Virus record (IMG/VR): IMGVR_UViG_3300047392_000215
Coordinates: 1 to 53,890 of that record
Length of the DNA stretch: 53,890 bases
Reading direction: 5' to 3' (one strand)
DNA from: a virus
Lineage: Duplodnaviria; Caudoviricetes
Shown here: one piece after another, positions 10,801 through 20,305 of the stretch
Numbering within the stretch: position 1 is the first letter of the stretch
Layout of the letters: every line of letters starts with the position of its first letter
Translations under genes and position numbers: made by a program
Notes under the pieces: generated by a model
Databases searched by the model: none
Seen by the model: the letters and a program-made list of their open reading frames with translations, nothing else
What the model was told of the DNA's origin: nothing

Positions 10801-11537
10801 GTTAACTTATTTAAAGTAAATAAACGTACGGTTTTAGTTTGAGATACACCGTCGACTATTCTTGTTACTTCAGCATTATCAATTGAGATAACATCAAAAT
10901 AACCATAGTACTGAACTGATCTAACTGGCATCTCAACAACTTGTTTGTCCAAGAAGTATTTGTAACCATTGTTAGTTAATGCAGTTTTAAATGTATCGTA
11001 ATCTATTTCACTGTTGTTTTTATAAAGAGTATCGAACGCTGAAACTGATGCAGCATCATCTCCTTTAAAAACATATCTTTCGATATAAGCCTGTTCTGTA
11101 TTTACAGGAATCTGACCAGTTAAATCAAATTTAACTTTAAGTAATGGATTTAAGAAATCTTCAAAGAATTCATTCTCTCTTGTTTCGAATCCAGTCGGCG
11201 CAGATATTGAATTAATTGTAGGAGCTGGTCCTTTTAATTTACTTGTGTAAACTTTTCTAAAACTACCATCAGCAAGTCTAACATTAGAAGATGCATCATT
11301 AGCTCCAGTTAAAGTAGAAACGTTATTACTCAATCTTTTAACTTCACTCATTAAATATCCAAATGAAGGAACTGACCTAGTACTTGTGGTACCGGTTGCA
11401 GGGTCATACAAATCAATAGTTACAGTTTCTTTATCTGTAGTTATCGCTTCATTTGTTTTTTCAAATGTCGCCAAAGAGTTGTTGTACAGTTCGATAAACT
11501 GTTCTAGAAGTTTTGATATCGAGTTATTTGCGCTCAT
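7860..11537 (-). CDS. Large virion structural protein with central coiled coils
   Basis: 1225-aa ORF with heptad-like segments (KIVKLKSEKATIEQNIKKI; LVEMQQEIERLTAKL); structural cluster context. Confidence 0.55.
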   Translation of the reverse strand: MSANNSISKLLEQFIELYNNSLATFEKTNEAITTDKETVTIDLYDPATGTTSTRSVPSFGYLMSEVKRLSNNVSTLTGANDASSNVRLADGSFRKVYTSKLKGPAPTINSISAPTGFETRENEFFEDFLNPLLKVKFDLTGQIPVNTEQAYIERYVFKGDDAASVSAFDTLYKNNSEIDYDTFKTALTNNGYKYFLDKQVVEMPVRSVQYYGYFDVISIDNAEVTRIVDGVSQTKTVRLFTLNKLTYTDSSKALKETETIKVGDSFVVNTGKFSTRYKIDAINTDTLQVELSLIEGFEAIKVGVNGLSIYKDVDTEVALEINVSFDERQIIFAKAVDPDSKVQSELFSPGAGFYSNELQILLTSGETMTLAEYYKKEVADFGQFIKSLKVDSIPPASVGIVPNQPVLDTANFKVVQINKHLTDNDATNKIVKLKSEKATIEQNIKKIDSSLGATRSLVNTKKYASKVEADKDKSQLNTLLSSRKAEADAYSSVVTEIATLATSNNLANVSPKYRVRGFWSLPDAKILNDSAPQEVVQFKIRYRYQSANGSTSQVDQIKFQDGTTAKTAAFSNWVEVPGPIRKRLLDPSTGKYYWKVENEEDSQEINFNSLDISIQPGEVVEIMIKSVSEAGFPSTPVESDWSSIISIPFPDGEIPVENLTDIVKENSLETIRVKINNDLTAVGVYSHVADSFNINDKYFAHTAQSISSGFLTAEQNPVTVYDKLVEMQQEIERLTAKLAGTLGELQVYIEDENGNITTVSNNSTAKLFAGYYVDEVNSLAGTKKGAIITKVFKLKLANSKASQLELISRLVGDYDSPAHVSTTLTEFGRGTGTIDTAIASDTYYTNEGRYDLVPIQYQNTPSINASTPWFGQIPFQSSQMKGQYVYSRFKNIANDDSLYVTSPIDAGTNFDTTGIDDYEYGLSYNMTYATGHNPAVNVDRWYTGATGIPYTTTTGSNDFIWSGGYNPSYLPLTTALDGSGMPTSTQYDNGLFLHKSHPLLNPITANASSTFDIPELQSSGVIGIPKTATRRVNMDSGLKQTPYRTASWKNYGGVSVSRPIKMSFDTNDVYLLGGRSCGSFLFVAPLEQKSLLVDSKNKFGVARVDSGASKALSIDLIFQYRMTDYYGDANSTGRVGGIVTTSLSNITYSKKIGIDILDANKNEFQFDVEVYAKYKTEGSSVTNITKSMLTNFNAGGGGGGFYHKWLERDNLSQPSEFTFYTNYIQ

Positions 11538-11539
11538 AT

Positions 11540-13495
11540 TTATCTTAGTATGTCAATTTCAAATGACTTGTTTATTTCGTCAACACAGATAAGCTCAACG
11601 TAAGGTTTAGAATTCATAAGTTCAGTATAATTAATTACACCAATTTGCTTCCAACCGTTTGTTCCATTTTTATCAGTGAAGAATTTGACGTTGTGACCAT
11701 TTAGAATTAAGTTGCTCTTGAAATTAAATTTAAGAACATGACCTCTCTTCCAATCGATAACAGTATCATCAATGTATATATTAATATCTGAAACCAATGA
11801 ACTAGTGTTATCTAACCAAATATTGATTCTATTAGAATAATTTTTAAATCTAACCCAAATAGCATTAGTTGAAGCGTTAGCAACACTATATGCATTTGTT
11901 GATTCAATTTTAGAACCAACCGACCAGTTAATATTTGAAATATTACTAACATCGAAGTTAAATGCATCTACTAATTCATAACCATAAACTTTATTCTTTA
12001 AAGTTAATAATCCAGGAACAGATTTATCAACATCAACTCCATTACCAGATTTGATAACATCGATATTGTATTGAACTGCGCTTGGAACTGTACCATCTAA
12101 TAATTGATTGATTCGTTTATTAGTTGATTGGATTAATCCTAATAGAGAAGTTGAATTAGCATAATTTAATTTAGCATCTTCAACCATTGTTTCTAACGCT
12201 GCAATTCTAGTTCCTATATTATCAACTTGTGTAGAAGTCAATAATAAAGTTTCTAAGTCTGCTACTTTTTGAGCAATTGACTCATATCTAGCACTTGCAT
12301 TAAGAAGTAACTTAGTTGCTTGGTCTAGAGCAGCTGAAGTATCTAAGAAAATATCCATTGAGAATGTTGTAAAGTCGTTAATATTATTTTCAACTCCAAC
12401 ATTATCTAAAGACGTATTAAACTTAACGTTTAATTTAAGAGCAAATGCGTTACCATTTAGACCAGTAACATCATTTGGTTTGTATTTTGTTAAAGAAGGA
12501 ATATACCAACCGTTTAAGTTTGGTTCCTCTTTAAAATTATCTAGAATCAAGATACCATAAAGATTTGTTGCTCTATTGGCAGTCGTTGATTTTGAGTAAA
12601 TATCGTAATAAACTAAAATTGCATTAAAACTAAAGTCGCTACCTAATTTTGAGTAATCAAAAAGAGTACTTAATTCAGGATTGTTAATAACTCTAGCGTA
12701 TTTAGCAGCATCCCACTCAATTCCATAAGTTGGATGAGTATTAGGATCAAAATTAATTTCGCCTTGATTTGAATCAGCAAGTGCTTGTAAATCTAAATTT
12801 GCATCTGGATGATTTTGTCCAGAACGACCTTCTATATAATTACCAGGATTGTAAATTGTAGATGTTGTGTTCCAAATACCTGATTTAAATAAGATTTCTG
12901 GAGTATGTCCAACTACTGAAGGAACGTTAATGAATACTTCATTGTATGTATTTCCTTGGTAGTTTTTATCATTTGAAACATCAATATTGCCAACATATTT
13001 AACTAATTGAGAATACTCAGATCCTATATCAATTGAATCATCTAATTCAATAAATCTTGAATAACCACTTGAAACTTCTTGAGAAGTTCCAGCTTTCCAA
13101 TTAATAGCTCCAATTTCATACAACCATTTAAACATGATTTGCTCTGAATCAGACTTTAGTAAAGCCGGATCAAAATCATTATCTGTTAAAATAAGTTGCT
13201 CAAAGTTTAAAGCGTAGTTTTGAAAAGTCTGTGCAAAGTGAACGTTTGCATTGTCAACACTAGTGTCATCATACCCAGCACCAGAGGCATCAAATAAGTT
13301 ACTAAATTGAATATAGTTATTTGTTGAGCCCATTGAAGGGATCGCAACTGGCGGTAGGTTTAAAAGAGCAAACTTCGAAAATTCGAAGTTAATATCAGGG
13401 TTATGATATGCTCTAGTTAAATCTCTAGCAGCATTTGCAAAAGCATACAAGGTTCCTCCTTGTTCTTGTGGTATTCTTACTAATGGTGTTGCCAT
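11540..13495 (-). CDS. Virion structural protein (baseplate-associated, coiled-coil segment)
   Basis: 651-aa ORF in the operon, with a coiled coil (IAQKVADLETL...IAALETMVE). Confidence 0.5.
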   Translation of the reverse strand: MATPLVRIPQEQGGTLYAFANAARDLTRAYHNPDINFEFSKFALLNLPPVAIPSMGSTNNYIQFSNLFDASGAGYDDTSVDNANVHFAQTFQNYALNFEQLILTDNDFDPALLKSDSEQIMFKWLYEIGAINWKAGTSQEVSSGYSRFIELDDSIDIGSEYSQLVKYVGNIDVSNDKNYQGNTYNEVFINVPSVVGHTPEILFKSGIWNTTSTIYNPGNYIEGRSGQNHPDANLDLQALADSNQGEINFDPNTHPTYGIEWDAAKYARVINNPELSTLFDYSKLGSDFSFNAILVYYDIYSKSTTANRATNLYGILILDNFKEEPNLNGWYIPSLTKYKPNDVTGLNGNAFALKLNVKFNTSLDNVGVENNINDFTTFSMDIFLDTSAALDQATKLLLNASARYESIAQKVADLETLLLTSTQVDNIGTRIAALETMVEDAKLNYANSTSLLGLIQSTNKRINQLLDGTVPSAVQYNIDVIKSGNGVDVDKSVPGLLTLKNKVYGYELVDAFNFDVSNISNINWSVGSKIESTNAYSVANASTNAIWVRFKNYSNRINIWLDNTSSLVSDINIYIDDTVIDWKRGHVLKFNFKSNLILNGHNVKFFTDKNGTNGWKQIGVINYTELMNSKPYVELICVDEINKSFEIDILR

Positions 13496-13513
13496 TTATG
13501 GTTAATTGTTTTA

Positions 13514-14059
13514 TTAGAATGTTACGCCATAAGATCCAATAACATACCATTTAGTTCCTACGAAACGTAATGTTAAAGTACTCTTATTAGCCATTGAAAT
13601 TGCTGATGGACCAGTTACGTTAGTAACTGCAATTGCGATTGGACCACCGTCTGCGATCAATGTAATTTCTTGTCCAGATAAACCTGCAGCAAGTGCTAAA
13701 GTTCCACTGATACCAGATCCATTAAGTACATAAGTTGAGCTAGTAAAGTTACCAGCTGTCGGTAATGTAGTTACTCCAGTTGTGATTGAATGATAAACTC
13801 CTCTTCCGATGTTAAGTTTTTCATTAATTGTGAATGGAACCGTTGATGTTAGTGAAGAACTGTTTGCGATTACTTTACCATTTGCAATATTTAATGAACC
13901 GAATTTAGCTAAACCGCTAAGTGTAATAGTTTCATTTAGTACATCAAGCAATGCAGCGATGTCAGCAAGTTCCTGGTTAATTGCAGCAAAATTGTCATTT
14001 AGAGTTACTCTTGATGACGATACGCTATCGGTACCTAGAATTGTTGTGATTGTTGCCAT
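13514..14059 (-). CDS. Short fibre-like/baseplate-attached structural protein
   Basis: N-terminal DSVSSSRVTLNDNF anchor-type motif typical of phage fibre N-termini; C-terminal beta domain ending LRFVGTKWYVIG. Confidence 0.55.
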   Translation of the reverse strand: MATITTILGTDSVSSSRVTLNDNFAAINQELADIAALLDVLNETITLSGLAKFGSLNIANGKVIANSSSLTSTVPFTINEKLNIGRGVYHSITTGVTTLPTAGNFTSSTYVLNGSGISGTLALAAGLSGQEITLIADGGPIAIAVTNVTGPSAISMANKSTLTLRFVGTKWYVIGSYGVTF

Positions 14060-14115
14060 TTTAGTTATTTTGTTGTTTTTAAATGTCTCTTAGTATATAT
14101 CAAGATAACCGATAA

Positions 14116-16971
14116 TTATCCTGCGACATACTGATATTTTGGGCGTTTTCTAGGTCTAGCATTTATTGGCTCTACCACAGAAATCATATTTCGTTTTGTT
14201 GTATTTATATTACCATTACAATCAGTTGCTGTTAATTGAATTGAATAATCTCCTCTTTCGCTAAAAAGATATGTCAACCATTGACCCTGATATGTTACAG
14301 TTTGATTAGTTCTATTATTAATTATTGACCATTCTTGATTAACAATTCCTGGCATATTTGTTTTGTCATACGACATTGTAATATGCTGAAGCAATGAAAT
14401 ATTTGCATGGTCTTTAAATAGAACAATATCATTAAACTTTGGATTGTATGCTTTATATCTAACTTTAGAATCTGGTATAATTCCTCCACCCATTCCGGTT
14501 GAATCAAAATGAACATCTTTAAAATCATAAGATGAAGAATATTCTTTACCAACGGCAATAATCTTTGTACAATAATCTACAGTACCATCTCCATTAGCAT
14601 CAACTAAAATTGCATTAAATTTAAATTTAGTAAAAATTGGATGCACAATTGGATCTAAATTATTTAATTCATCTTGTATATCAATATATGCCTGCAAATC
14701 ATAATTATCAACCGGATATGTTGTTTGAATCTCATAAGATTCAGTAATATCCTGGTTGTTTGATGTCTTAGTATGTATAATTGTCATTGGATAACCATTA
14801 GTATATCCTCCAGATTGGTCAACTTCAAAAGCAAAAGATGCTGCTAAATCTGGTCCAATTCTAGTTGAATCCCATGTAATTCCATACCCATCATCCCAAA
14901 CATGATTCTTTAAGTTTTTCCAGATAAAAGGTCCTGCAGTTTCAGCAAAGTTAGTTGAAGTACTAGTGTCCTCATATCGAGTAACTGTTGAGAAGTTAAT
15001 TCCATTTGATGCATCATGAGGATAATTTGCTCGATCAAGGGTTAAGTACCAAGATGCAATCATCTCATCCATTATATTGTAGCTATCTTGAGGTTCTTCA
15101 AAATAACCACCGGAAAGATTCCATGGTAAATCATGAAGATTCCATTGGTCTAATTCAGGTTTAAATGAATAGAATCCGTATAAGTCGATTTCTTTATTGT
15201 TAACAACAATATCGAGTTTTCTCATATACGATCTAGCATTATATAAGTCATATAAGTTTAAAATAACTTCATGAGTTCCAGAATTTGGAAGCACAACAAG
15301 CATTTTCTTATAATCATCTACAGATCCTCTCATAGTTACGCTATAACCTCTAGGTCCATTAATAACCCATTCAGCTTCGTATACATCTTTTTTCCATAGA
15401 GAATCCCATGTGTAAAGAGATGAAGCAATTCCAGTATAATCATTTGCTGCTAAATCAGCGTCATTCCAATTAAAATCACAACTATTCCATGTATCAGTTA
15501 ATGAAGTACATTCTAAAATAACTGGACATCCGATTGGCACTGGCGTTAATGTGGTATAAGTATCTTGTGCTTGATTATAGTAATTGTTGTAAAAATATTC
15601 AACATCGGTAATCACACTAGATTGATTAGCAACAGGCCATTGGTTTCCATTATTTTCAAAATGGTTAGCCAAGTCTAAGCTAATTAATCGTAAATCTTCA
15701 ATGAATAATCTACGCTTAGGACTAACAGTAAAATCTACTTCAGTTCCAGAAGTCTGAACCTGAATTGTATGTTGGTCTCTCCAAACATTTTGAGTAAATT
15801 GAGTAAAGAAGTCTCCTTCTCCAGTAATATCAACAATCTTTGCTTGAAGTGGAAGATAGTCTTTTTGCAATCTTCTCTTAAGTCCATATAATTTAACTAA
15901 GATTTCTTCTGGAGTAAAATCAAAAGACTCTTTAACAGTAGGAATATCCCACTCGTCAACATTGCCATTAGGCTCATTAATTTTATAAACTAATGAGAAT
16001 CTTGAAGTTTTCTTTAAATTTGAATTTGGTAATTCAATATCATTGTTTTTCTGTGCTAAATATCCAGGTTGAGTTGGATCTGGTACAGCAACCGCTTTTA
16101 ATTTACCAAAGTTTTCAGACTGTTCGTTAATATTCAACCAATATTCTTTAAGTTTGACATTATCATATCCAAAGAACTTAATTGCATTAATAATAGCCTT
16201 ATAAGTACCAATAAATGGTTTAATATTATGAGCTTCTAAAAGTAACTCTTTTCTCTTATCGTTTATTATTTGATAATCAACTTTAAATTCATTAATGTCG
16301 GTGTTTTTAAAGATTAAGAAATCTTCTTCTTGTAGAGACATACCAAAGTTAGAAAGAAGAGTTGTTAAACGCTCATCTTCTCCTACGGTTTCTCCGTATA
16401 TTTTTATAGTACCAATTAAGTTGATTTTATTTCCAGCAGAATCAGTATCGTAAATGTTTAATAATTTAATATGAATCTTTTCAGAATCAGACATTAAAGC
16501 AATTTTACAATGTAAAGCAACATGTGAAGGAACCGTACTTATTTGTTTATAAGTATTCCCTTGGTTAGAAGCTGAATTCGTATTGTTAGTATTTACATAA
16601 TTGTACGTTGATGTTGATACGGTGTTAGCTAGTATTGACTCAGACTGTTTTGAAATAGCATTAACAGTATAATAACCATTAACGTCGGTTACATTGTATA
16701 AGAAAATGTCTCCTTTAAAACTTTCGTTATCTTCAATTTCAAAAAGAAATTTTGTAGCACTAGAAGATTCAGCAATTGGAGTAACATACTCAAATCCACC
16801 TAATTCTTTATGAACCTCTTCAAGAACAAATAAGTTAACTGTCTCATACAGGCCAACAGAAACTTTGGGAACAAATATAATACCGTCCCATTTTTCAGTC
16901 GTTGAATTATAATTAAAATTCAATTCATGAGATACTCCATTAAAAAATCTAAGATTTGAATATTTTCCCAT
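14116..16971 (-). CDS. Baseplate wedge-like protein (gp7/tail protein I-like motif, C-terminal Ig/PKD-like domain)
   Basis: FIGTYKAIINAIKFFGY resembles the wedge/gpI 'KGT..' helix motif. C-terminal YLFSERGDYSIQLTATDCNGN is PKD-like. Lies downstream of the gp6-like gene. Confidence 0.55.
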   Translation of the reverse strand: MGKYSNLRFFNGVSHELNFNYNSTTEKWDGIIFVPKVSVGLYETVNLFVLEEVHKELGGFEYVTPIAESSSATKFLFEIEDNESFKGDIFLYNVTDVNGYYTVNAISKQSESILANTVSTSTYNYVNTNNTNSASNQGNTYKQISTVPSHVALHCKIALMSDSEKIHIKLLNIYDTDSAGNKINLIGTIKIYGETVGEDERLTTLLSNFGMSLQEEDFLIFKNTDINEFKVDYQIINDKRKELLLEAHNIKPFIGTYKAIINAIKFFGYDNVKLKEYWLNINEQSENFGKLKAVAVPDPTQPGYLAQKNNDIELPNSNLKKTSRFSLVYKINEPNGNVDEWDIPTVKESFDFTPEEILVKLYGLKRRLQKDYLPLQAKIVDITGEGDFFTQFTQNVWRDQHTIQVQTSGTEVDFTVSPKRRLFIEDLRLISLDLANHFENNGNQWPVANQSSVITDVEYFYNNYYNQAQDTYTTLTPVPIGCPVILECTSLTDTWNSCDFNWNDADLAANDYTGIASSLYTWDSLWKKDVYEAEWVINGPRGYSVTMRGSVDDYKKMLVVLPNSGTHEVILNLYDLYNARSYMRKLDIVVNNKEIDLYGFYSFKPELDQWNLHDLPWNLSGGYFEEPQDSYNIMDEMIASWYLTLDRANYPHDASNGINFSTVTRYEDTSTSTNFAETAGPFIWKNLKNHVWDDGYGITWDSTRIGPDLAASFAFEVDQSGGYTNGYPMTIIHTKTSNNQDITESYEIQTTYPVDNYDLQAYIDIQDELNNLDPIVHPIFTKFKFNAILVDANGDGTVDYCTKIIAVGKEYSSSYDFKDVHFDSTGMGGGIIPDSKVRYKAYNPKFNDIVLFKDHANISLLQHITMSYDKTNMPGIVNQEWSIINNRTNQTVTYQGQWLTYLFSERGDYSIQLTATDCNGNINTTKRNMISVVEPINARPRKRPKYQYVAG

Positions 16972-16974
16972 GTG

Positions 16975-17259
16975 TTATCTTATTTTCTTGTAATTTTTGC
17001 TCACTGTAAAGTTTTTATAAATCTTTAAATGAGTTGCCGAATCAATATACATGACAACAACATCCTGTAATAAGATGATAAAATCGCTAAGATATTGATT
17101 TCTTAATAAGGCATTTGAAACTGCTTTTGTCAAAACAGAATTTCTAAAATCATGCCCTAAGTTTTTCCTATTATCGACCGATTGGTTACGAAAATCGTAA
17201 AGACTTTCATAACCAGCCGAGAATAATCCATCATATAAATTTATTTGCTCTTGAGCCAT
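16975..17259 (-). CDS. Small baseplate-associated hypothetical protein
   Basis: 94-aa ORF translationally coupled to the gp6-like gene (overlap at 17259). Confidence 0.55.
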   Translation of the reverse strand: MAQEQINLYDGLFSAGYESLYDFRNQSVDNRKNLGHDFRNSVLTKAVSNALLRNQYLSDFIILLQDVVVMYIDSATHLKIYKNFTVSKNYKKIR

Positions 17260-19079
17260 TAGATTTGTTTTCTATTTTGCGTTTGTATTGATGAATATAT
17301 TGTCATCGGTACAGGTGGTTCGTCAAAGTAAACAGAAAGTGCTGCCATTTCTCCAGCTCTAGCGTCATCAGGTACTTTAATACCGTCTCGATCTATCCAA
17401 CCTCCTCTAAACATTGCAACCTCTTCTTTTCCTAATATAATATCTCCAAAAGAATCTAATCCAATTACAGATTCAGGTAAAGCAGCATTTGGTTCAAAAT
17501 TAACTTGAGTTTCAGTTACAGTTCTTTTAAAGAATACAAACTTTTGTTTTCCATTTCCAATTGTTTCCAATGTTGGAGTAGAAGGAGTTACTGTAACCGT
17601 TTTTGAAATATAATAACCATTCTTTCTAGCAGTTTCTTCAGCTTCAGATATAAATCTAATATTTACAGAGTCAACACCGTCAACTCCTTCGATAATTGCA
17701 ATCAAGTCAGATTTTGGTAAACGATCTCTTCTTGTAATATTCATCAAATATTCTGAAACTTTTGCGCGAATGTTTGTATAAATATTAGTCTTTGAAAAAC
17801 CTTCAAAGTATCTAACTTTAATATCCATTCTATAATATTTAGCAATTGGATCTACAATTTGAACTTCAGTTGTAACCATCTGCTGGCCTGAATTTTCTAA
17901 CACTCCAAGTATTCCATTCTTCTCATCTTGAGAAAAGAAGAACTCATTTAGATCCAAACTAAAATAGTCTTTATTCTTTGTTAATTTCTTTTTAGTATCA
18001 GGCAACATGAATAAGTAGATAATATTGTCATCATCGATATATCCATCGTCTGTTGTATTGTAAGCATCGAGGTACGAGAATAAACCATATCTTGATAGGA
18101 AATATTCATAATTTTCAGGAGTTGCTAAAACAAAAGATTTTGAAGCTAAAGGAGCAATCAACTTAGTTGTTTTAATAGACTCTGGATCTGCTCCCATTTT
18201 AGGAGATTGAGTACAGTAAACTTCTAATATTTTATTTAAATCATAAGTTTGTCCAGTAGAATCAGATCCTTCGGTTACAAATTTAAAAGTAAGGTCTTTA
18301 GAATCATTTAAATTTCCAGTAAAACCTTTATGCATGATATATTCAACCATGATTGTAGTTCCAAGATCTGGAATCATTCCAAAACTGCCATTACCAAAAT
18401 AAAGGTCTAGACCTCCATTAATTCCAGTTTTAACTAAATATCCTTTAGTTGTCGGAAGCATGTCATATAATGAATCATATTTAGTCCATAACTTTCCATT
18501 AACTGAAACTCTAATATTAAAATGATCCGTGTATTCTTTAACGTTTAAGTTAAATGATTGTAATGCTGCTCCGGTTCCAGTCACAGTTTGAGCTTCATGA
18601 GCTCCTTGTATAATTGGAATTGTAATATAGTTAAAATTAGATTTTTCAATTCTAAATAAGTCATTATTTGTTCTTAAAATATATTCTAATCCGTTTGAAT
18701 TTGATTTAATAACTGCATTTGCTGGAATTGTAATAGCATCTCCAGCAATTTCATTAATTGATGATGTGTTTAATCTAATTTTGATTTCTCCAATTGCAGA
18801 AGAACCTCTAAATGCATCGTGACCTGTTAATCTAGCAAGACCATAAATAGATTCAGGTTGTTGAGCTGTTAAAATATTCTGTTCAACTGTTGCATCTTCA
18901 ATATAGAAGAATATTAGTTCAGATATTTCAGTTAGTACTGTAATAATCTGAAAGAATGGAGAAGCTGGTGTAAAAACCTCACCTAATCTTGTATATAGCC
19001 TAGCCATATAGGTTTTCGTATCAGTTAATAACTGATTCGCCTGTATTCTAGTTTTTTGTAAAAATGTTAGGTTTGCCAT
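17259..19079 (-). CDS. Baseplate wedge protein (T4 gp6/baseplate J-like)
   Basis: EQNILTAQQPESIYGLARLTG, LYFGNGSFGMIP, GADPES...TPENYE and IEGVDGVDSV are gp6/J-type motifs; follows the gp25-like gene. Confidence 0.85.
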   Translation of the reverse strand: MANLTFLQKTRIQANQLLTDTKTYMARLYTRLGEVFTPASPFFQIITVLTEISELIFFYIEDATVEQNILTAQQPESIYGLARLTGHDAFRGSSAIGEIKIRLNTSSINEIAGDAITIPANAVIKSNSNGLEYILRTNNDLFRIEKSNFNYITIPIIQGAHEAQTVTGTGAALQSFNLNVKEYTDHFNIRVSVNGKLWTKYDSLYDMLPTTKGYLVKTGINGGLDLYFGNGSFGMIPDLGTTIMVEYIMHKGFTGNLNDSKDLTFKFVTEGSDSTGQTYDLNKILEVYCTQSPKMGADPESIKTTKLIAPLASKSFVLATPENYEYFLSRYGLFSYLDAYNTTDDGYIDDDNIIYLFMLPDTKKKLTKNKDYFSLDLNEFFFSQDEKNGILGVLENSGQQMVTTEVQIVDPIAKYYRMDIKVRYFEGFSKTNIYTNIRAKVSEYLMNITRRDRLPKSDLIAIIEGVDGVDSVNIRFISEAEETARKNGYYISKTVTVTPSTPTLETIGNGKQKFVFFKRTVTETQVNFEPNAALPESVIGLDSFGDIILGKEEVAMFRGGWIDRDGIKVPDDARAGEMAALSVYFDEPPVPMTIYSSIQTQNRKQI

Positions 19080-19090
19080 GTTAATTTTAT

Positions 19091-19450
19091 TTATATTTCA
19101 ACTTGCACTGATTCTTTACCTCCGTCAATATTAATATTAATAAAGATTGCATCTCGGTCTGGAGATGACGTATCAAAATCAACATCAACGGTTACATTCA
19201 TTTCAGCAGCAAGAGGAACATATCTTGCAAGTTGAGATTCTATTTCATTTTTTATTTGAGAATCATTGTAATTCAGGCTATATACCAAGTCTTCTAAATT
19301 GCAACCGAGTGCTGGTGAACCGACAACTTCTCCTTTTCGTGTGAAAAGAATCACGTCAATTTGAGCCAACAAAATAGCAATTCTACTATCAGATTGCAGT
19401 TTTGTCGGATCATAATTAGGATCCCCATTTGTCTTAATATACAATTCCAT
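19091..19450 (-). CDS. Baseplate gp25/GPW-like sheath initiator
   Basis: ILFTRKGEVVGSPALGCNLEDLVY...IESQLARYVP is the gp25 signature. Confidence 0.85.
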   Translation of the reverse strand: MELYIKTNGDPNYDPTKLQSDSRIAILLAQIDVILFTRKGEVVGSPALGCNLEDLVYSLNYNDSQIKNEIESQLARYVPLAAEMNVTVDVDFDTSSPDRDAIFININIDGGKESVQVEI

Positions 19451-19469
19451 TTAGTATGTATCGTTATTT

Positions 19470-20303
19470 TTATGAGTGCATCATCCAATCAACACCTTCA
19501 TCTCCTTTGATTTCTTCAAGAACTCTTTCAAGTTCAGATTCTCCAAGAGATTGAATATTATCGGCGTTTATTGATATATTACCAGGAAGATTAAATCCAA
19601 AGATTCCCATTTTATTTCCTAGTGCTATTTTAATCTTAGCTGCACAGTATCTAAAGAAAATTTCATCGGCAAATAAAGCACATTGTGGAACAGTTTCATA
19701 AACATTAAGAATAACATCTTTTAATGGTGCCAATCCTGTAAAACGAATCTCATGAGTTAATTGACTATAATGATAACTAATCGGATTATCTAGAATTTGT
19801 CTAGTTAAATCAAAATAACTTTCATTAATTACATAGTACTGTAAGTTTTCAGCACCTGATACTGTACCGGTTCCACCATATAAACCACCATACATCATTC
19901 TCTCTAATGCAAAGTCTCCAGTTGTAAAGGTCATTGATGTACCAGATCCAAATCTAGATCCTGTTTGATAAACACCAAACACAGAGAATGTTTCACCACC
20001 ACCTGTTGTTGGATTCTCCTTAGGCAAAGTTAAACTTCTAGTTCTTTTAAAGTATTCAGTTTGAAAAACTTCTTTAGGAATTCCAATAAAACTTTCTCGT
20101 ACTGAATATTCATAGTTCTTAAAAAACCATTTCTTAGCACGTTGTATAATATTTTGAACCTCTTTTTTAGGTAAGTTCATTGGAATCATACAAGATCCTG
20201 TAACGTCATCCGCAAGTTCATTTACGAAATTGTTATAACATTCAGCGTCCCATGATGGTGGAGTTGTTATACCACCTATTCCACTTTGTATAATATCACT
20301 CAT
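19470..20303 (-). CDS. Neck/head-completion protein (T4 gp13-like)
   Basis: C-terminal YCAAKIKIALG..MGIF...LPGNISINADNI..LGESELERV resembles the gp13 LPGG.TLNG motif. Confidence 0.7.
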   Translation of the reverse strand: MSDIIQSGIGGITTPPSWDAECYNNFVNELADDVTGSCMIPMNLPKKEVQNIIQRAKKWFFKNYEYSVRESFIGIPKEVFQTEYFKRTRSLTLPKENPTTGGGETFSVFGVYQTGSRFGSGTSMTFTTGDFALERMMYGGLYGGTGTVSGAENLQYYVINESYFDLTRQILDNPISYHYSQLTHEIRFTGLAPLKDVILNVYETVPQCALFADEIFFRYCAAKIKIALGNKMGIFGFNLPGNISINADNIQSLGESELERVLEEIKGDEGVDWMMHS

Positions 20304-20305
20304 TT